64,000 nucleotides of DNA, taken from the NCBI GenBank assembly GCA_021159365.1, contig JAGGRY010000001.1, forward strand, positions 7,543 through 71,542, written 5' to 3'. Position numbers and translations under genes: made by a program. Shown in pieces: positions 20,356 to 29,537 of this stretch. This DNA is from Nitrososphaerota archaeon. GTDB taxonomy: Archaea; Thermoproteota; Nitrososphaeria_A; Caldarchaeales; Wolframiiraptoraceae. The notes below the pieces were generated by a model. The model saw nothing but the letters and a program-made list of their open reading frames with translations, was not told the DNA's origin and did no database searches. Numbering within the stretch: the stretch's first letter is position 1; each line of letters starts with the position of its first letter.

Positions 20356-20430
20356 TTCATCAATATCCTCAGGTTAATAGTCTCAGAATATCTTCAGGAA
20401 TTTGGCCACTTAAAGATTATATCTGAAGCT

Positions 20431-20904
20431 TTGGATGATGGCCTTGCCTTGGCGGTTCATAGGGGCAGAAGTAAGATAAGGTTCGAGATGACGAATGAAG
20501 ATGGAGATAAGATAATCCTGATCTTTGAGGGAAGAATTAGCAGAGAGAAGCTCATGCAGGTCGCGGATCTCATGGAGCTTTATGGGGGGCTTTCCGAATC
20601 CGATAGACAAGAACATTACTTTGAGGGGAGTAAGTTGGCTAAGCTCGCTAGAGTGATATCAAAATACTTTCCAGTAACCTACTTTACATCCCGTGAAGCC
20701 GTCGAGGCATATATCTCTGAGTATAGGGAGCCGATAAGCCTCAGCACAACATCAACTTATCTCGCAAGGCTATCTGAAAGGGGATTTCTTGAACGGAGAA
20801 GGTTTGGCGGAGTGATCAGATATAGAGTCATTAGACGTCAACCTCAGATTCCAGATGAAGAGAGATATACTCAGAGATTCGAATCGTATGACCGAGAGTT
20901 TTAG
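20431..20904 (+). CDS. Winged-HTH domain protein
   Basis: FTSRE...PISLSTTSTYLARLSERGFLER; start position uncertain. Confidence 0.7.
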   Translation: MDDGLALAVHRGRSKIRFEMTNEDGDKIILIFEGRISREKLMQVADLMELYGGLSESDRQEHYFEGSKLAKLARVISKYFPVTYFTSREAVEAYISEYREPISLSTTSTYLARLSERGFLERRRFGGVIRYRVIRRQPQIPDEERYTQRFESYDREF

Positions 20905-20963
20905 GGCTGGTCTAGGTATTTCTTATATCGTCTACTATTTTGTATTACTGGAAGGAGACAGAT

Positions 20964-21362
20964 ATGAAGAAAATTCTAATCGATTTTCTCAGGAGATCTG
21001 GGCTCAGAATACCCGATCCAAAGCTTTTGGAGGAGTTATTGAAGGAATCCCATCTAACGAGACCTCAAGTCGAGACTCTGTTAATTGAGCTTGGAGTGGC
21101 GAATCTAGGCCTCAAGCTAAGCGTCGAGGAAAAGGCGAGGCTGAGAGGAGTGAGCAAAGGAGCTTATGCGCGGACCAAGCGTCAGGCGATAGACAATATC
21201 AGGAAAAGCATCTACACCATCATGCTCTTAAGATTCTTGGGAATCTTCGGAGATGAAGCTCTGGCCTCAATTCTAGAAGCTTCCGAACTCTTGGTCATGG
21301 GAAAGATTGACGACGCTGTGACCATCCTAAGATCCGTGACCCTTTGTGACGTCACAAGGTGA
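20964..21362 (+). CDS. HTH domain protein (Tfx-like)
   Basis: SHLTRPQ...EEKARLRGVSKGAYARTKRQAIDNIRKS; SD-like GGAG before ATG 20964. Confidence 0.65.
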   Translation: MKKILIDFLRRSGLRIPDPKLLEELLKESHLTRPQVETLLIELGVANLGLKLSVEEKARLRGVSKGAYARTKRQAIDNIRKSIYTIMLLRFLGIFGDEALASILEASELLVMGKIDDAVTILRSVTLCDVTR

Positions 21363-21457
21363 CTACAGCCATGAGCATCCGAGCCCGCGTAAAACTAAGG
21401 TCAGATAAGGTCGGATAATGTTTAATTTCTCCTTAGTATTTGGTGGGTCGTTGAGAA

Positions 21458-21835
21458 TTGTTGATAAACGGAGCTCTGGAATGGGGATTGGTGATACTCT
21501 TTATAGCGCTCTTCATAACTCAATCCATCGTCTTCGCGATCCTGCTTTTAAGGCTTAGGAAGAAGCTTTACTCTATTAAAGCTCAGAGAGCTTGGGAACC
21601 ATTCCCCATAGTTGAAAAACCCTCTCAAACAACCCTGAAGGTCTTGAAAGAGCTGTCGTCTTCAAACGGATTGGAGGCGAGGGAGCTTAGCAAGAGGCTT
21701 GGCTTGAGCAGGGAATATACTGCGAGGCTTTTAAAGAAGATGGTCGAGGACGGGCTTGTAGTTCGGCGGGGGAAACCATATAAATATCAATTGACCGAGC
21801 TGGGGATCAGATTACTAAAGGAATCCGAGGATTGA
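21458..21835 (+). CDS. Membrane-anchored winged-HTH (MarR-like) protein
   Basis: N-terminal TM, then ARELSKRLGLSREYTARLLKKMVEDGLV...YQLTELG. Confidence 0.75.
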   Translation: MLINGALEWGLVILFIALFITQSIVFAILLLRLRKKLYSIKAQRAWEPFPIVEKPSQTTLKVLKELSSSNGLEARELSKRLGLSREYTARLLKKMVEDGLVVRRGKPYKYQLTELGIRLLKESED

Positions 21836-21872
21836 GGAGAGAAGATTTTAACTTGAGACTTCACTCTATTTG

Positions 21873-21934
21873 ATGGCGATGATGAGGGACTCATGCCCGA
21901 AGCCGTGAGGGAACCTTGGGGTAGCTGACGCCAT
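21873..21934 (+). ncRNA. Box C/D guide sRNA
   Basis: Terminal stem ATGGCG/CGCCAT. Box C ATGATGA 21879-85, D' CCGA 21897-900, C' GTGAGGG 21905-11, D CTGA 21925-28. Guides of 11 and 13 nt. TTTTAA about 25 nt upstream. Confidence 0.88.
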
Positions 21935-21978
21935 TCACATCTTTTTAGAGGTTTGAAAGGCTCGTTTAATGACTCATG

Positions 21979-23181
21979 TTAGTGTTTGATTCTGAAATTC
22001 TCGGTTAACGTGATCGAGAGATCCTCTACCCTTAGATTGATGATGCGGTCATCCCATACCCATTTGTTCTCACTCACCTTTTCCGCATTTATCTCTTTTA
22101 AGAGCTGGATGAATGCCGTCAGAAATTCTTCGAGCTCTTCCCTATTCTCCCACGCTATCTTCCAACGCAGTAATCTCTCTTCACCCTTCTCATAATATTC
22201 TATTAGATCTCCACTCCATCCTTCCGCGGCCTTTACGGCGACTTCCATCGGTAGATGTGCTCTCAGCATCTGTCTTATGAAGAACTCTCCAAGCCTATCT
22301 CTAAGTAAAATTCTCCAATCCTTCTCGACTTTAGTCATGAATTCAACTTTCCTCGGCTCCCATCCTTCGACATACTTCTCCGGGTGGAGAATCTCGGCGG
22401 TGGATTTAGGCATCCTGAGATATACTTCATTCACTTTCTTCCATCCTCCGAGTTCTCGAAGATATTGGATGAATTCCCTTCCATAGAGGTATGGGAAGAG
22501 CCAGATCGAGGTCACGGGGTTAAAATCTTCTTCATGACCTTGACTCTCAGCTTTGCCTCCATGCTCCAGAAGATAGTCTAGAGCTACTAGGTCGGCGTCT
22601 CCTTCTATGACCGCTCTAATCGCCTGCTTCTCATCGTGAAATCTCCCCTCAGGTATCTTGAAGTATACTCCTTGCAGGATGTGAGTCAGCTCATGGGCCA
22701 GAACTCTGCCGGCTTGAAGCCTCTTAGATGGGTCAAAGTATTCTTTAACCACGTATATCGTGTTATCTGCGGATGCGGCAACCGTGCAGCCACTTTGCCC
22801 CAGCTTTATCTTTGTTAGGTTATAGCTTTCTGGAACCATGAATAATGCTTTGTAAAGTTCCTCTTCAAGCTCGACCTCAGTTAAATTTAGATATCCTAGA
22901 CCCCAGTGCTTGATCACCCATTCTTTTGTTAGGACCACTAGCTTAACATTCTGATCGAATCTGAGCCCTCTATCCTTCTCAACCCACTTTATCACATGGT
23001 CGAGCAGATTCTTTGTGGCGTTCCAGTAATGGTCTTTCGGAGTCTCTGCAACGGTCTTTACGATGGTTATCGTTGAGGGATGAGCAACGATCATGCTCGC
23101 TATAAGATATCCTCCAATAAAGCCCGCTAAGACCGTGAACAACACCAACAATACTGTTATCCGCGACTTCTCAGTCCTCAA
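21979..23181 (-). CDS. Membrane-anchored surface protein with HEXXH (Hvo_1808/DUF4157-like)
   Basis: N-terminal TM; LAHELTHILQ, EGDA, FPYLYG, STAEILHPEKY. Confidence 0.75.
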   Translation of the reverse strand: MRTEKSRITVLLVLFTVLAGFIGGYLIASMIVAHPSTITIVKTVAETPKDHYWNATKNLLDHVIKWVEKDRGLRFDQNVKLVVLTKEWVIKHWGLGYLNLTEVELEEELYKALFMVPESYNLTKIKLGQSGCTVAASADNTIYVVKEYFDPSKRLQAGRVLAHELTHILQGVYFKIPEGRFHDEKQAIRAVIEGDADLVALDYLLEHGGKAESQGHEEDFNPVTSIWLFPYLYGREFIQYLRELGGWKKVNEVYLRMPKSTAEILHPEKYVEGWEPRKVEFMTKVEKDWRILLRDRLGEFFIRQMLRAHLPMEVAVKAAEGWSGDLIEYYEKGEERLLRWKIAWENREELEEFLTAFIQLLKEINAEKVSENKWVWDDRIINLRVEDLSITLTENFRIKH

Positions 23182-23225
23182 TCCGATGAAAAATTCCTAT
23201 GCGATGTAAAAAATCTTTGAAAATC

Positions 23226-24098
23226 TTATATCTTAATTCCCTGGCTTGGGTCACCTTTAAGTTTCTCAAACTCTTTAATTAATCTCTCGGTTATCGGGCC
23301 TGGAACCCTTGTACCTATCTTTCTGCCATTCACGCTCTCGACAGGAACTATTTCAGCGGCAGTTCCAGTTAGAAAGACCTCATCCGCTGTGATCAACTCG
23401 AATGGCGTCAGCTCTCTTTCCATAACTTCGTATCCGAGCTTTCTGGCCAGCTCGATTATACAATTCCTAGTTATCCCCAACAATACTCCAGATGTCGGCG
23501 GAGGCGTCATGATCTTCCCATTCTTGACTATGAAGACGTTCTCTCCCGTTGCTTCTGAGACGAATCCCCTATTGTCGAGCATTATAGCATCATCGGCTCC
23601 GGCACTGATCGCTTCCAACTTAGCTAGAATGCTGTTAAGATAGTTCAGCGACTTAGCTTGATGGTTTGTTGCGTCAACCCCATCTCTCCTAACAGACGAT
23701 ATTATCAGGGAAACTGCCTTCTTTCCGAGAAGTGGACCCATAGGCTTGACTATTATGATTATGGATGGCTTACCGCATTTTCTCGGATCTAGACCTAAGT
23801 CTCCAACCCCTCTCGTCACCACGACCCGGATATAGCAATCCATTAAGCCGTTCTTCCTGATGGTTTCTAAGATCGCCTCTATCAACTCTTCTTTACTCAT
23901 GGGGATCTCGATCTTCAGGAACTTCGCCGAATCGTATAGTCTCTCTATATGCTCTCTAAGCTTGAAGACCACACCCTTATACGCCCTAATTCCTTCAAAG
24001 ACTCCATCTCCATAGAGGAATCCATGATCGAGGACTGAGATCTTAGCCTCAGATTCTGGAACAAGATTACCATTGATATAGATTAGGCTTTCAGTCAT
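23226..24098 (-). CDS. ilvE: Branched-chain amino acid aminotransferase
   Basis: HGFLYGDGVFEGIR, AKSLNYLN, LGITR, FLTGTAAEI. Confidence 0.95.
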   Translation of the reverse strand: MTESLIYINGNLVPESEAKISVLDHGFLYGDGVFEGIRAYKGVVFKLREHIERLYDSAKFLKIEIPMSKEELIEAILETIRKNGLMDCYIRVVVTRGVGDLGLDPRKCGKPSIIIIVKPMGPLLGKKAVSLIISSVRRDGVDATNHQAKSLNYLNSILAKLEAISAGADDAIMLDNRGFVSEATGENVFIVKNGKIMTPPPTSGVLLGITRNCIIELARKLGYEVMERELTPFELITADEVFLTGTAAEIVPVESVNGRKIGTRVPGPITERLIKEFEKLKGDPSQGIKI

Positions 24099-24180
24099 TG
24101 GTGAGCTTAGATCTCGTATCTATATTTAAGGTTATTCGCCTCAACCCTTTTAAAATCCCCGGATAAGAAAATATCCAGAG

Positions 24181-24513
24181 ATGGGAAAGCGTAAGATTGT
24201 ATCAGAGCCGGATGAGCTTGAGGAGCTTGTTGAGCCTGGGCCTGGAGACGTCTATGGTGTAGTGGTTAAGATGTATGGTTATGATCGAGTATTAGTTGAG
24301 TGCAGTGACGGAAAGACCAGATTATGTAGGATTAGGGGGCAGCTTAGACGTAGGATCTGGATAAGGGAAGGAGACCTAGTTTTGGTGAGCCCTTGGGACT
24401 TTCAGAGAGATAAGCGGGGAGATGTTTGGTGGAGATTTACTAAGGTTCAAGCCCTAAAGCTCGCTGAGCAGGGGGTAATTCCAGACTTCTTAAGGGAGAA
24501 GTTGACCGAATGA
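24181..24513 (+). CDS. eif1a: Translation initiation factor aIF-1A
   Basis: CSDGKTRLCRIRG..RRRIWIREGDLVLVSPWDFQ. Confidence 0.95.
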   Translation: MGKRKIVSEPDELEELVEPGPGDVYGVVVKMYGYDRVLVECSDGKTRLCRIRGQLRRRIWIREGDLVLVSPWDFQRDKRGDVWWRFTKVQALKLAEQGVIPDFLREKLTE

Positions 24514-24562
24514 GTCAACATACTTTTAAACACCCATAACTCTAATTCCTTGGAGAAGAGTT

Positions 24563-25378
24563 TTGTCTGGCGAAGAAAAAGTGGAGAAAAAACTTCGAAT
24601 TCGAGAATATAGATATGAGAGGGAGCAGAGATATCTTAGGAAGAGATCTGAGCTTGATGAGGTCTTAGAAGAGGTCTTCGACCGCCAAACTCTCATGACG
24701 ATCTACTCCTTGATGAATAAGGGTTTGATAAAGGAGTTCTATGGAGTTGTTAGCGCTGGGAAGGAGTCGAGGATCTATCTCGCCAAGGGAAGAGATGATG
24801 TGGATCTAGCGGTCAAGATCTACTTGATAATAAGCGCGGAATTCAAGAAGAGGAGGATGATGTATACCATGTATGATCCAAGGTTTAAGCGGGTTCCCAA
24901 AGACTTCAGAGACTTCATCTACCTTTGGGCTAGGAGAGAGTATAGTAATCTTGAAGCTGCATATGAGGCTGGAGTACCCGTTCCCAAGCCATATTTCGTT
25001 AGAAACAATATTCTCGGAATGGAGTTCATAGGCGAGGATGGGAAGCGTTATCCAACTCTCGTTGAGATAGAGCTTTCAAAAGAAGATTATGAAGAGATTT
25101 ATCCAAAGGTGATCGATGCCTTGAAAAAGTTATACAGGAATGCGAGGCTTATTCATGGAGATCTAAGTGAATACAATATATTCGTGCTCCCAAATAATGA
25201 TGTGATTTTAATAGATTTGTCACAGGCGGTCAGGGTCGAGCAACCTATAGCTGATTCACTCCTATTAAGAGACTTGAAAAACATCATTAGATTCTTTAGA
25301 AAAAATGGCGTTGAGACACCCGAGCCTGAGCAATTATTTGAAGAAATTACCGGTAAGGAACCATTTGCTTTAGAATAA
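24563..25378 (+). CDS. rio1: RIO1 serine/threonine kinase
   Basis: SAGKES, AVKIY, HGDLSEYNI, IDLSQ; follows aIF-1A. Confidence 0.93.
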   Translation: MSGEEKVEKKLRIREYRYEREQRYLRKRSELDEVLEEVFDRQTLMTIYSLMNKGLIKEFYGVVSAGKESRIYLAKGRDDVDLAVKIYLIISAEFKKRRMMYTMYDPRFKRVPKDFRDFIYLWARREYSNLEAAYEAGVPVPKPYFVRNNILGMEFIGEDGKRYPTLVEIELSKEDYEEIYPKVIDALKKLYRNARLIHGDLSEYNIFVLPNNDVILIDLSQAVRVEQPIADSLLLRDLKNIIRFFRKNGVETPEPEQLFEEITGKEPFALE

Positions 25379-25430
25379 TCTATCAATCACTTCCTAAAGA
25401 TTATGTTATAAACTAGGTCAATATTGCTGA

Positions 25431-25625
25431 ATACTCCATGCTCCTGGATCGCTTTTGACATATGAACCTCAAAGGACTTCTGATGTCTTCGTTATGTCTC
25501 AATCAAAGGTTGAAGATCCAGTAATTTTACGCAGAGACTCCGACCATGATAAGATTTGGAGAACTTACAAACCTGAACAGAGAGAGACGCTGAAGAATAT
25601 CTTGAAGAAAATGGGTCTGCTATAA
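25431..25625 (+). pseudogene. Probable gene remnant (cupin/phosphomannose-isomerase-like fragment)
   Basis: Frame bounded upstream by a stop reads ILHAPGSLLTYEPQRTSDVF, matching the cupin 'HA.G...E.Q..SD' motif. AT-rich region beside a tRNA 3' end. Confidence 0.4.
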
Positions 25626-25693
25626 AGCAGTTACACCTACACATTTTTAATATCGTTTGAGAGAGGTTTATTTTTCCTCATTATATTTAAATG

Positions 25694-25810
25694 TCCCGCG
25701 GGGGTGATTTGAACACCCGGCCATCCGGTGTCTGCCTGGTAGGCTGGATGGCCACGCCGTTTTGGGCGTGGTCTACAGCCGGACGCTCTACCAGGCTGAG
25801 CTACCGCGGG
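25694..25810 (-). tRNA. tRNA-Tyr(GTA) with 43-nt intron at 37/38 (intron 25730-25772)
   Basis: C1-G72 acceptor CCCGCGG/CCGCGGG-A; anticodon stem TCCGG/CCGGA; CT-GTA-G; relaxed BHB with CTGT/GCAG helix; CCA not encoded. Confidence 0.95.
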
Positions 25811-25839
25811 TCTATTTTCTAAGGGTTTTCCGGCTCTAA

Positions 25840-26325
25840 TTAACTCTTACTCTTTTTTAGGATGGTCTTGAGCTTTAGCAGCTCGTTTCTCAGTTCTTGA
25901 GCCGTTTCAAGCATACTCTTCATATCGTTTCTCTTCAACTCCTTCTGCTTTGAGGTATTTGGCTTGAGGAGGCTTTCCTCGGTCTCCGGCTGCTCGTCCA
26001 TCTTCTCCTCAGCCCCTTTCTCAGAGCTTTCCTCAGATCGCTCTTTAGGCGTCTGTTTCCCTTCTTCTACTCGGCCTGAGAACTCATTCGCGCTAGGTTC
26101 AGAGATTAGCTCTACTTTTTCTGGAGCGGGAGATTCTATGATCTGAATGTCGATTGCTTCTAGCTCTGGTTGAGGCTCTATTGAGGGCTCGGTCGGCTCT
26201 TGGGGTTCTTTGAAGCTTTGAGGCTTATCTCTCGACCAAGTGATTCTGTTTAAGATCATCCCAATGAGATATATTGAGATTATCGCCGTGACTAGTAGGA
26301 GCCACGTGATGGGATCCATCGCCAT
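25840..26325 (-). CDS. Single-TM protein with acidic Pro-rich linker and C-terminal coiled coil, last gene of the arl operon
   Basis: Starts 2 nt after the arlJ stop; N-terminal hydrophobic anchor. Confidence 0.7.
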   Translation of the reverse strand: MAMDPITWLLLVTAIISIYLIGMILNRITWSRDKPQSFKEPQEPTEPSIEPQPELEAIDIQIIESPAPEKVELISEPSANEFSGRVEEGKQTPKERSEESSEKGAEEKMDEQPETEESLLKPNTSKQKELKRNDMKSMLETAQELRNELLKLKTILKKSKS

Positions 26326-26326
26326 C

Positions 26327-27841
26327 TTAGATCTCCTCCATGATTTTTCCCATCTCTCCCATGAATCCTGAGGCCAGGTTGAAGAGTTTCATTGAGGCTA
26401 GTAGGGCTAGATGATAGATTAAGCTGCTTATGGTTAAGAGTATTCCGAGGTGATAGGTGAAGGTGAATTTCGAGTCTCCCTCGATTGAGTAGATTATGTA
26501 GCTGCTTGCGACGGCCATGATCAGCATTAACGCTGAGAAAAATGTTGTTATAGTGTTCTCGGAGATCGGCGTTATCACGGGAAACCATGTATAGATGAGC
26601 TTCGCGAATCCGGAAAGTATCTTTGTGAGAACTGATATCAGAGCTGAGATCGCGGAGAATATTGCTTGTAGGGGCAGGGCTAAGCCTCTAATAGCTCCAG
26701 CGACCTGCTTCCTCTTCTTCCTATTTGCCAGATGATTTAGGATATAGTCATGTAGCGCTTTTGATGTGATGGATTGTCTTGAACCATATCGAAGCGAATC
26801 TGCCTCAATTCTACATGTTGAGAGAATTAGGTTGCTGAGGCTTTCGACTCCGAACATCTCGACGGCCTTTCCCTGCTCGAATCCGAGCTCAAGCCTCTTA
26901 CCAAGTCTCTTCAAGAGCTTGTTAAGGGGACCATAATCGTTTATCGAGACCACCTTACACGCGGATTTCAGGGATCCTGAGACTTCCAAGGCGTCTCCAA
27001 GGGATTTCACGAAAGGAGCATAGTTTTCATCCATCTCTCTAGCGGATTTCACCCATCTTTTACCGACCCATCCTATCATCAATAGTGGTGCTCCGGCTAA
27101 AAGCATGGGAACAGATATTGGATCGAGGAAGCCCTTCAATTTTATCGGTGAGAGTATTAGGAGTGACGTCGAGGATAGCGATGTAACGAGAATTATGGGG
27201 TTCATTCTCTCGATCGAGGCCAGCTTTTCAGGTCTCCTCGGATCGCTGTGTAGGATTGGATCTCTTGGAAGAGATCTTGAGGTAAAGAACGCTATGAACG
27301 CTAGAGACGTCACTACTGCGATTATAGTCCATATCAGAATCCTGTTCACGTCTATTCCGTAGATCATCGATGTTAGGAGCATTGAGACGCTTAGGAAGAT
27401 GTTTGACGTCATGATCGCCGAATATGCTTCAATATATCTCTTCACCCTCTCAATCGCCCTGTCGAACTCCGTTATCTTGTTAGCCATCATTTTCTCATAT
27501 TCAACTCTCATGAAGTCTCTTAGATCCACATTCACATTCACGGAGTCGGATAATCTTTGAAGAAACTTCTTGACTCTTTCCTCCGAGATCTGTGAAGCCA
27601 CATATCTGGCTGCTTTATGTAAGGTGTAGCCCCACTTCTCAACTAGGGTCGAGATCTTGGAGAATATCTTCGATGCATCAGAGAGGGCGAGAAAAGATTT
27701 TCCAGCCATCTTCATTATATCTCTCGAAGATGGACTTGCGGTCGAGAGTGAATATAAGTGGATTATCATGAGTGGATATATCTCCTTAAGCTTCTTCTTT
27801 TCACTCCATCTCTTTAAGAGATGTTTTAATCTGATTCCCAA
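26327..27841 (-). CDS. arlJ: Archaellum membrane platform protein ArlJ (FlaJ)
   Basis: Polytopic protein with two T2SSF-like repeats; follows arlI. Confidence 0.88.
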   Translation of the reverse strand: MGIRLKHLLKRWSEKKKLKEIYPLMIIHLYSLSTASPSSRDIMKMAGKSFLALSDASKIFSKISTLVEKWGYTLHKAARYVASQISEERVKKFLQRLSDSVNVNVDLRDFMRVEYEKMMANKITEFDRAIERVKRYIEAYSAIMTSNIFLSVSMLLTSMIYGIDVNRILIWTIIAVVTSLAFIAFFTSRSLPRDPILHSDPRRPEKLASIERMNPIILVTSLSSTSLLILSPIKLKGFLDPISVPMLLAGAPLLMIGWVGKRWVKSAREMDENYAPFVKSLGDALEVSGSLKSACKVVSINDYGPLNKLLKRLGKRLELGFEQGKAVEMFGVESLSNLILSTCRIEADSLRYGSRQSITSKALHDYILNHLANRKKRKQVAGAIRGLALPLQAIFSAISALISVLTKILSGFAKLIYTWFPVITPISENTITTFFSALMLIMAVASSYIIYSIEGDSKFTFTYHLGILLTISSLIYHLALLASMKLFNLASGFMGEMGKIMEEI

Positions 27842-29526
27842 GGTTTTCCACCTTCTTCGATGATTGCGAGAAGCTTCTTCGCGCCGATATTGTATGCTTG
27901 TTTCACGATCTTCCAGACCTTTAGATAGTCATAGACCCCGAGCTCTACGAGCCTCTTTAAGAGCCTCGCCCTCAGCATTAAGTCGTCATAGATCGCTCCA
28001 AGACTTCTCCTATCGATTCCCTTCATCACCGCGATCTTGTTCTCTAGGAGGTGGCTGCTTCCTCTTCCTCTGAATTCATGTTCATCTTCAGCGGGTTTCC
28101 AGTTGAAGAGTTCTATGTAATTGAATCTACCCTCGACTGGATCATATCCCACGATCTCGTTGACGCTTAGAACTCTTCTTTCAACCTTGCCAGTCCTCGG
28201 AATCCTGACCGCGCTTTGAATCACGACGCAGTTCAAGATGTCGATATATGTCTTCGGAACCTCTATCGGCGACCCGGTCAATCTTTGGACGAGCTTCTCA
28301 ATACTGCCGGCGTGGAAGGTCGTTAAGACTGGTGCTCCGGTCTGCATGGCTTGAAAGGCTACGCTTGCCTCTTTTCCCCTAATTTCTCCGACTATTATGT
28401 AATTTGGCCTCTGCCTTAGAGCTGCCTTCAATAGATCGAATAATTCTATCCCTATCCCTTCCTCGCTCTCTCTAGTGACCTCTCTAATCCAATTATCGTG
28501 TGGAACTATTATCTCAGGGGTGTCCTCTATGCTGATTATCTTGTAGTGTGGGTTTATGAAGACGCATGAAGCTCTTAGGAGAGTTGTCTTTCCACTCGCG
28601 GTCTCCCCGCAGAACCAGATGCTCATATTGTTTTCCAGGAGCATCCACAGATAGGCTGCTATCAATTCATCTATTGAACCCCATTTGATTAACTGGGTTA
28701 TGCTTATCGGCTTGTCGCTGAACTTTCTTATCGTGAAATTGCTTCCCCTCATGCTCACATCCGATCCAAACACTATGTTTATCCTAGATCCATCTGGAAG
28801 CGATGCGTCAACTATCGGATTCCTGTAAGTCACCGGTTTTCCAGTTTTCTCCGATAATCTCCTGACAAATTCGTCGAGGTCATCCCTGGAATCAAATTTT
28901 ACGTTTGATTCACAGCTTCCGAAGACCTTGTGTTCGACGAATATCGGTCCCAGGCCATCGCAGCTTATGTCCTCGATATATGGGTCTCTTATGAATGGTT
29001 CGAGTATTCCAAGTCTTGCTTTCTCCATTATTAGCTGATATTCGAGGGCTTTGTAGGTCTCATATCCGACGTAGATCTTCTTAATGACTCCATGCTTCCT
29101 CTCGACATCATATTTTCCCAAGGGCATCCCATATTTTATCTCCACAACAGTTCTGAGAAGCTTCTTCAATAACTTCTCATGCTCCTCAACCGTCTTGAAC
29201 TCCAGTTTCTCGTCTATCAACATTATCAAGGCTTCCTCAACTATATCGAATAAATTTCCAAGCCTTAACCCACTGGCAGGCTGGACGATGACATACATCG
29301 GCCTCTCGCCGGCTTCCCTCGTATAGATGTGGATGAAGATGGGGTCTCCGACGGGATAGATGATATTCACCTCATCCCTATATCTGAGCTCTCTTGAGAG
29401 CTGCTCCATATATTCTGGTAATGGTCTACCTCTCTTGGCCAAGTCATCTATGTATCGCATTAGATGAGGGTTCTTCGATAAAGCGTCTCTGAAATCCCTT
29501 CTAAAAGGTTTCAGCGTGGCCTTCAT
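27826..29526 (-). CDS. arlI: Archaellum assembly/rotation ATPase ArlI (FlaI)
   Basis: DPYIEDISCDG, GETASGKTT, ALRQRPNYIIVGEIRG. Confidence 0.95.
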   Translation of the reverse strand: MKATLKPFRRDFRDALSKNPHLMRYIDDLAKRGRPLPEYMEQLSRELRYRDEVNIIYPVGDPIFIHIYTREAGERPMYVIVQPASGLRLGNLFDIVEEALIMLIDEKLEFKTVEEHEKLLKKLLRTVVEIKYGMPLGKYDVERKHGVIKKIYVGYETYKALEYQLIMEKARLGILEPFIRDPYIEDISCDGLGPIFVEHKVFGSCESNVKFDSRDDLDEFVRRLSEKTGKPVTYRNPIVDASLPDGSRINIVFGSDVSMRGSNFTIRKFSDKPISITQLIKWGSIDELIAAYLWMLLENNMSIWFCGETASGKTTLLRASCVFINPHYKIISIEDTPEIIVPHDNWIREVTRESEEGIGIELFDLLKAALRQRPNYIIVGEIRGKEASVAFQAMQTGAPVLTTFHAGSIEKLVQRLTGSPIEVPKTYIDILNCVVIQSAVRIPRTGKVERRVLSVNEIVGYDPVEGRFNYIELFNWKPAEDEHEFRGRGSSHLLENKIAVMKGIDRRSLGAIYDDLMLRARLLKRLVELGVYDYLKVWKIVKQAYNIGAKKLLAIIEEGGKPWESD

Positions 29527-29537
29527 GGCCGCGCCTC

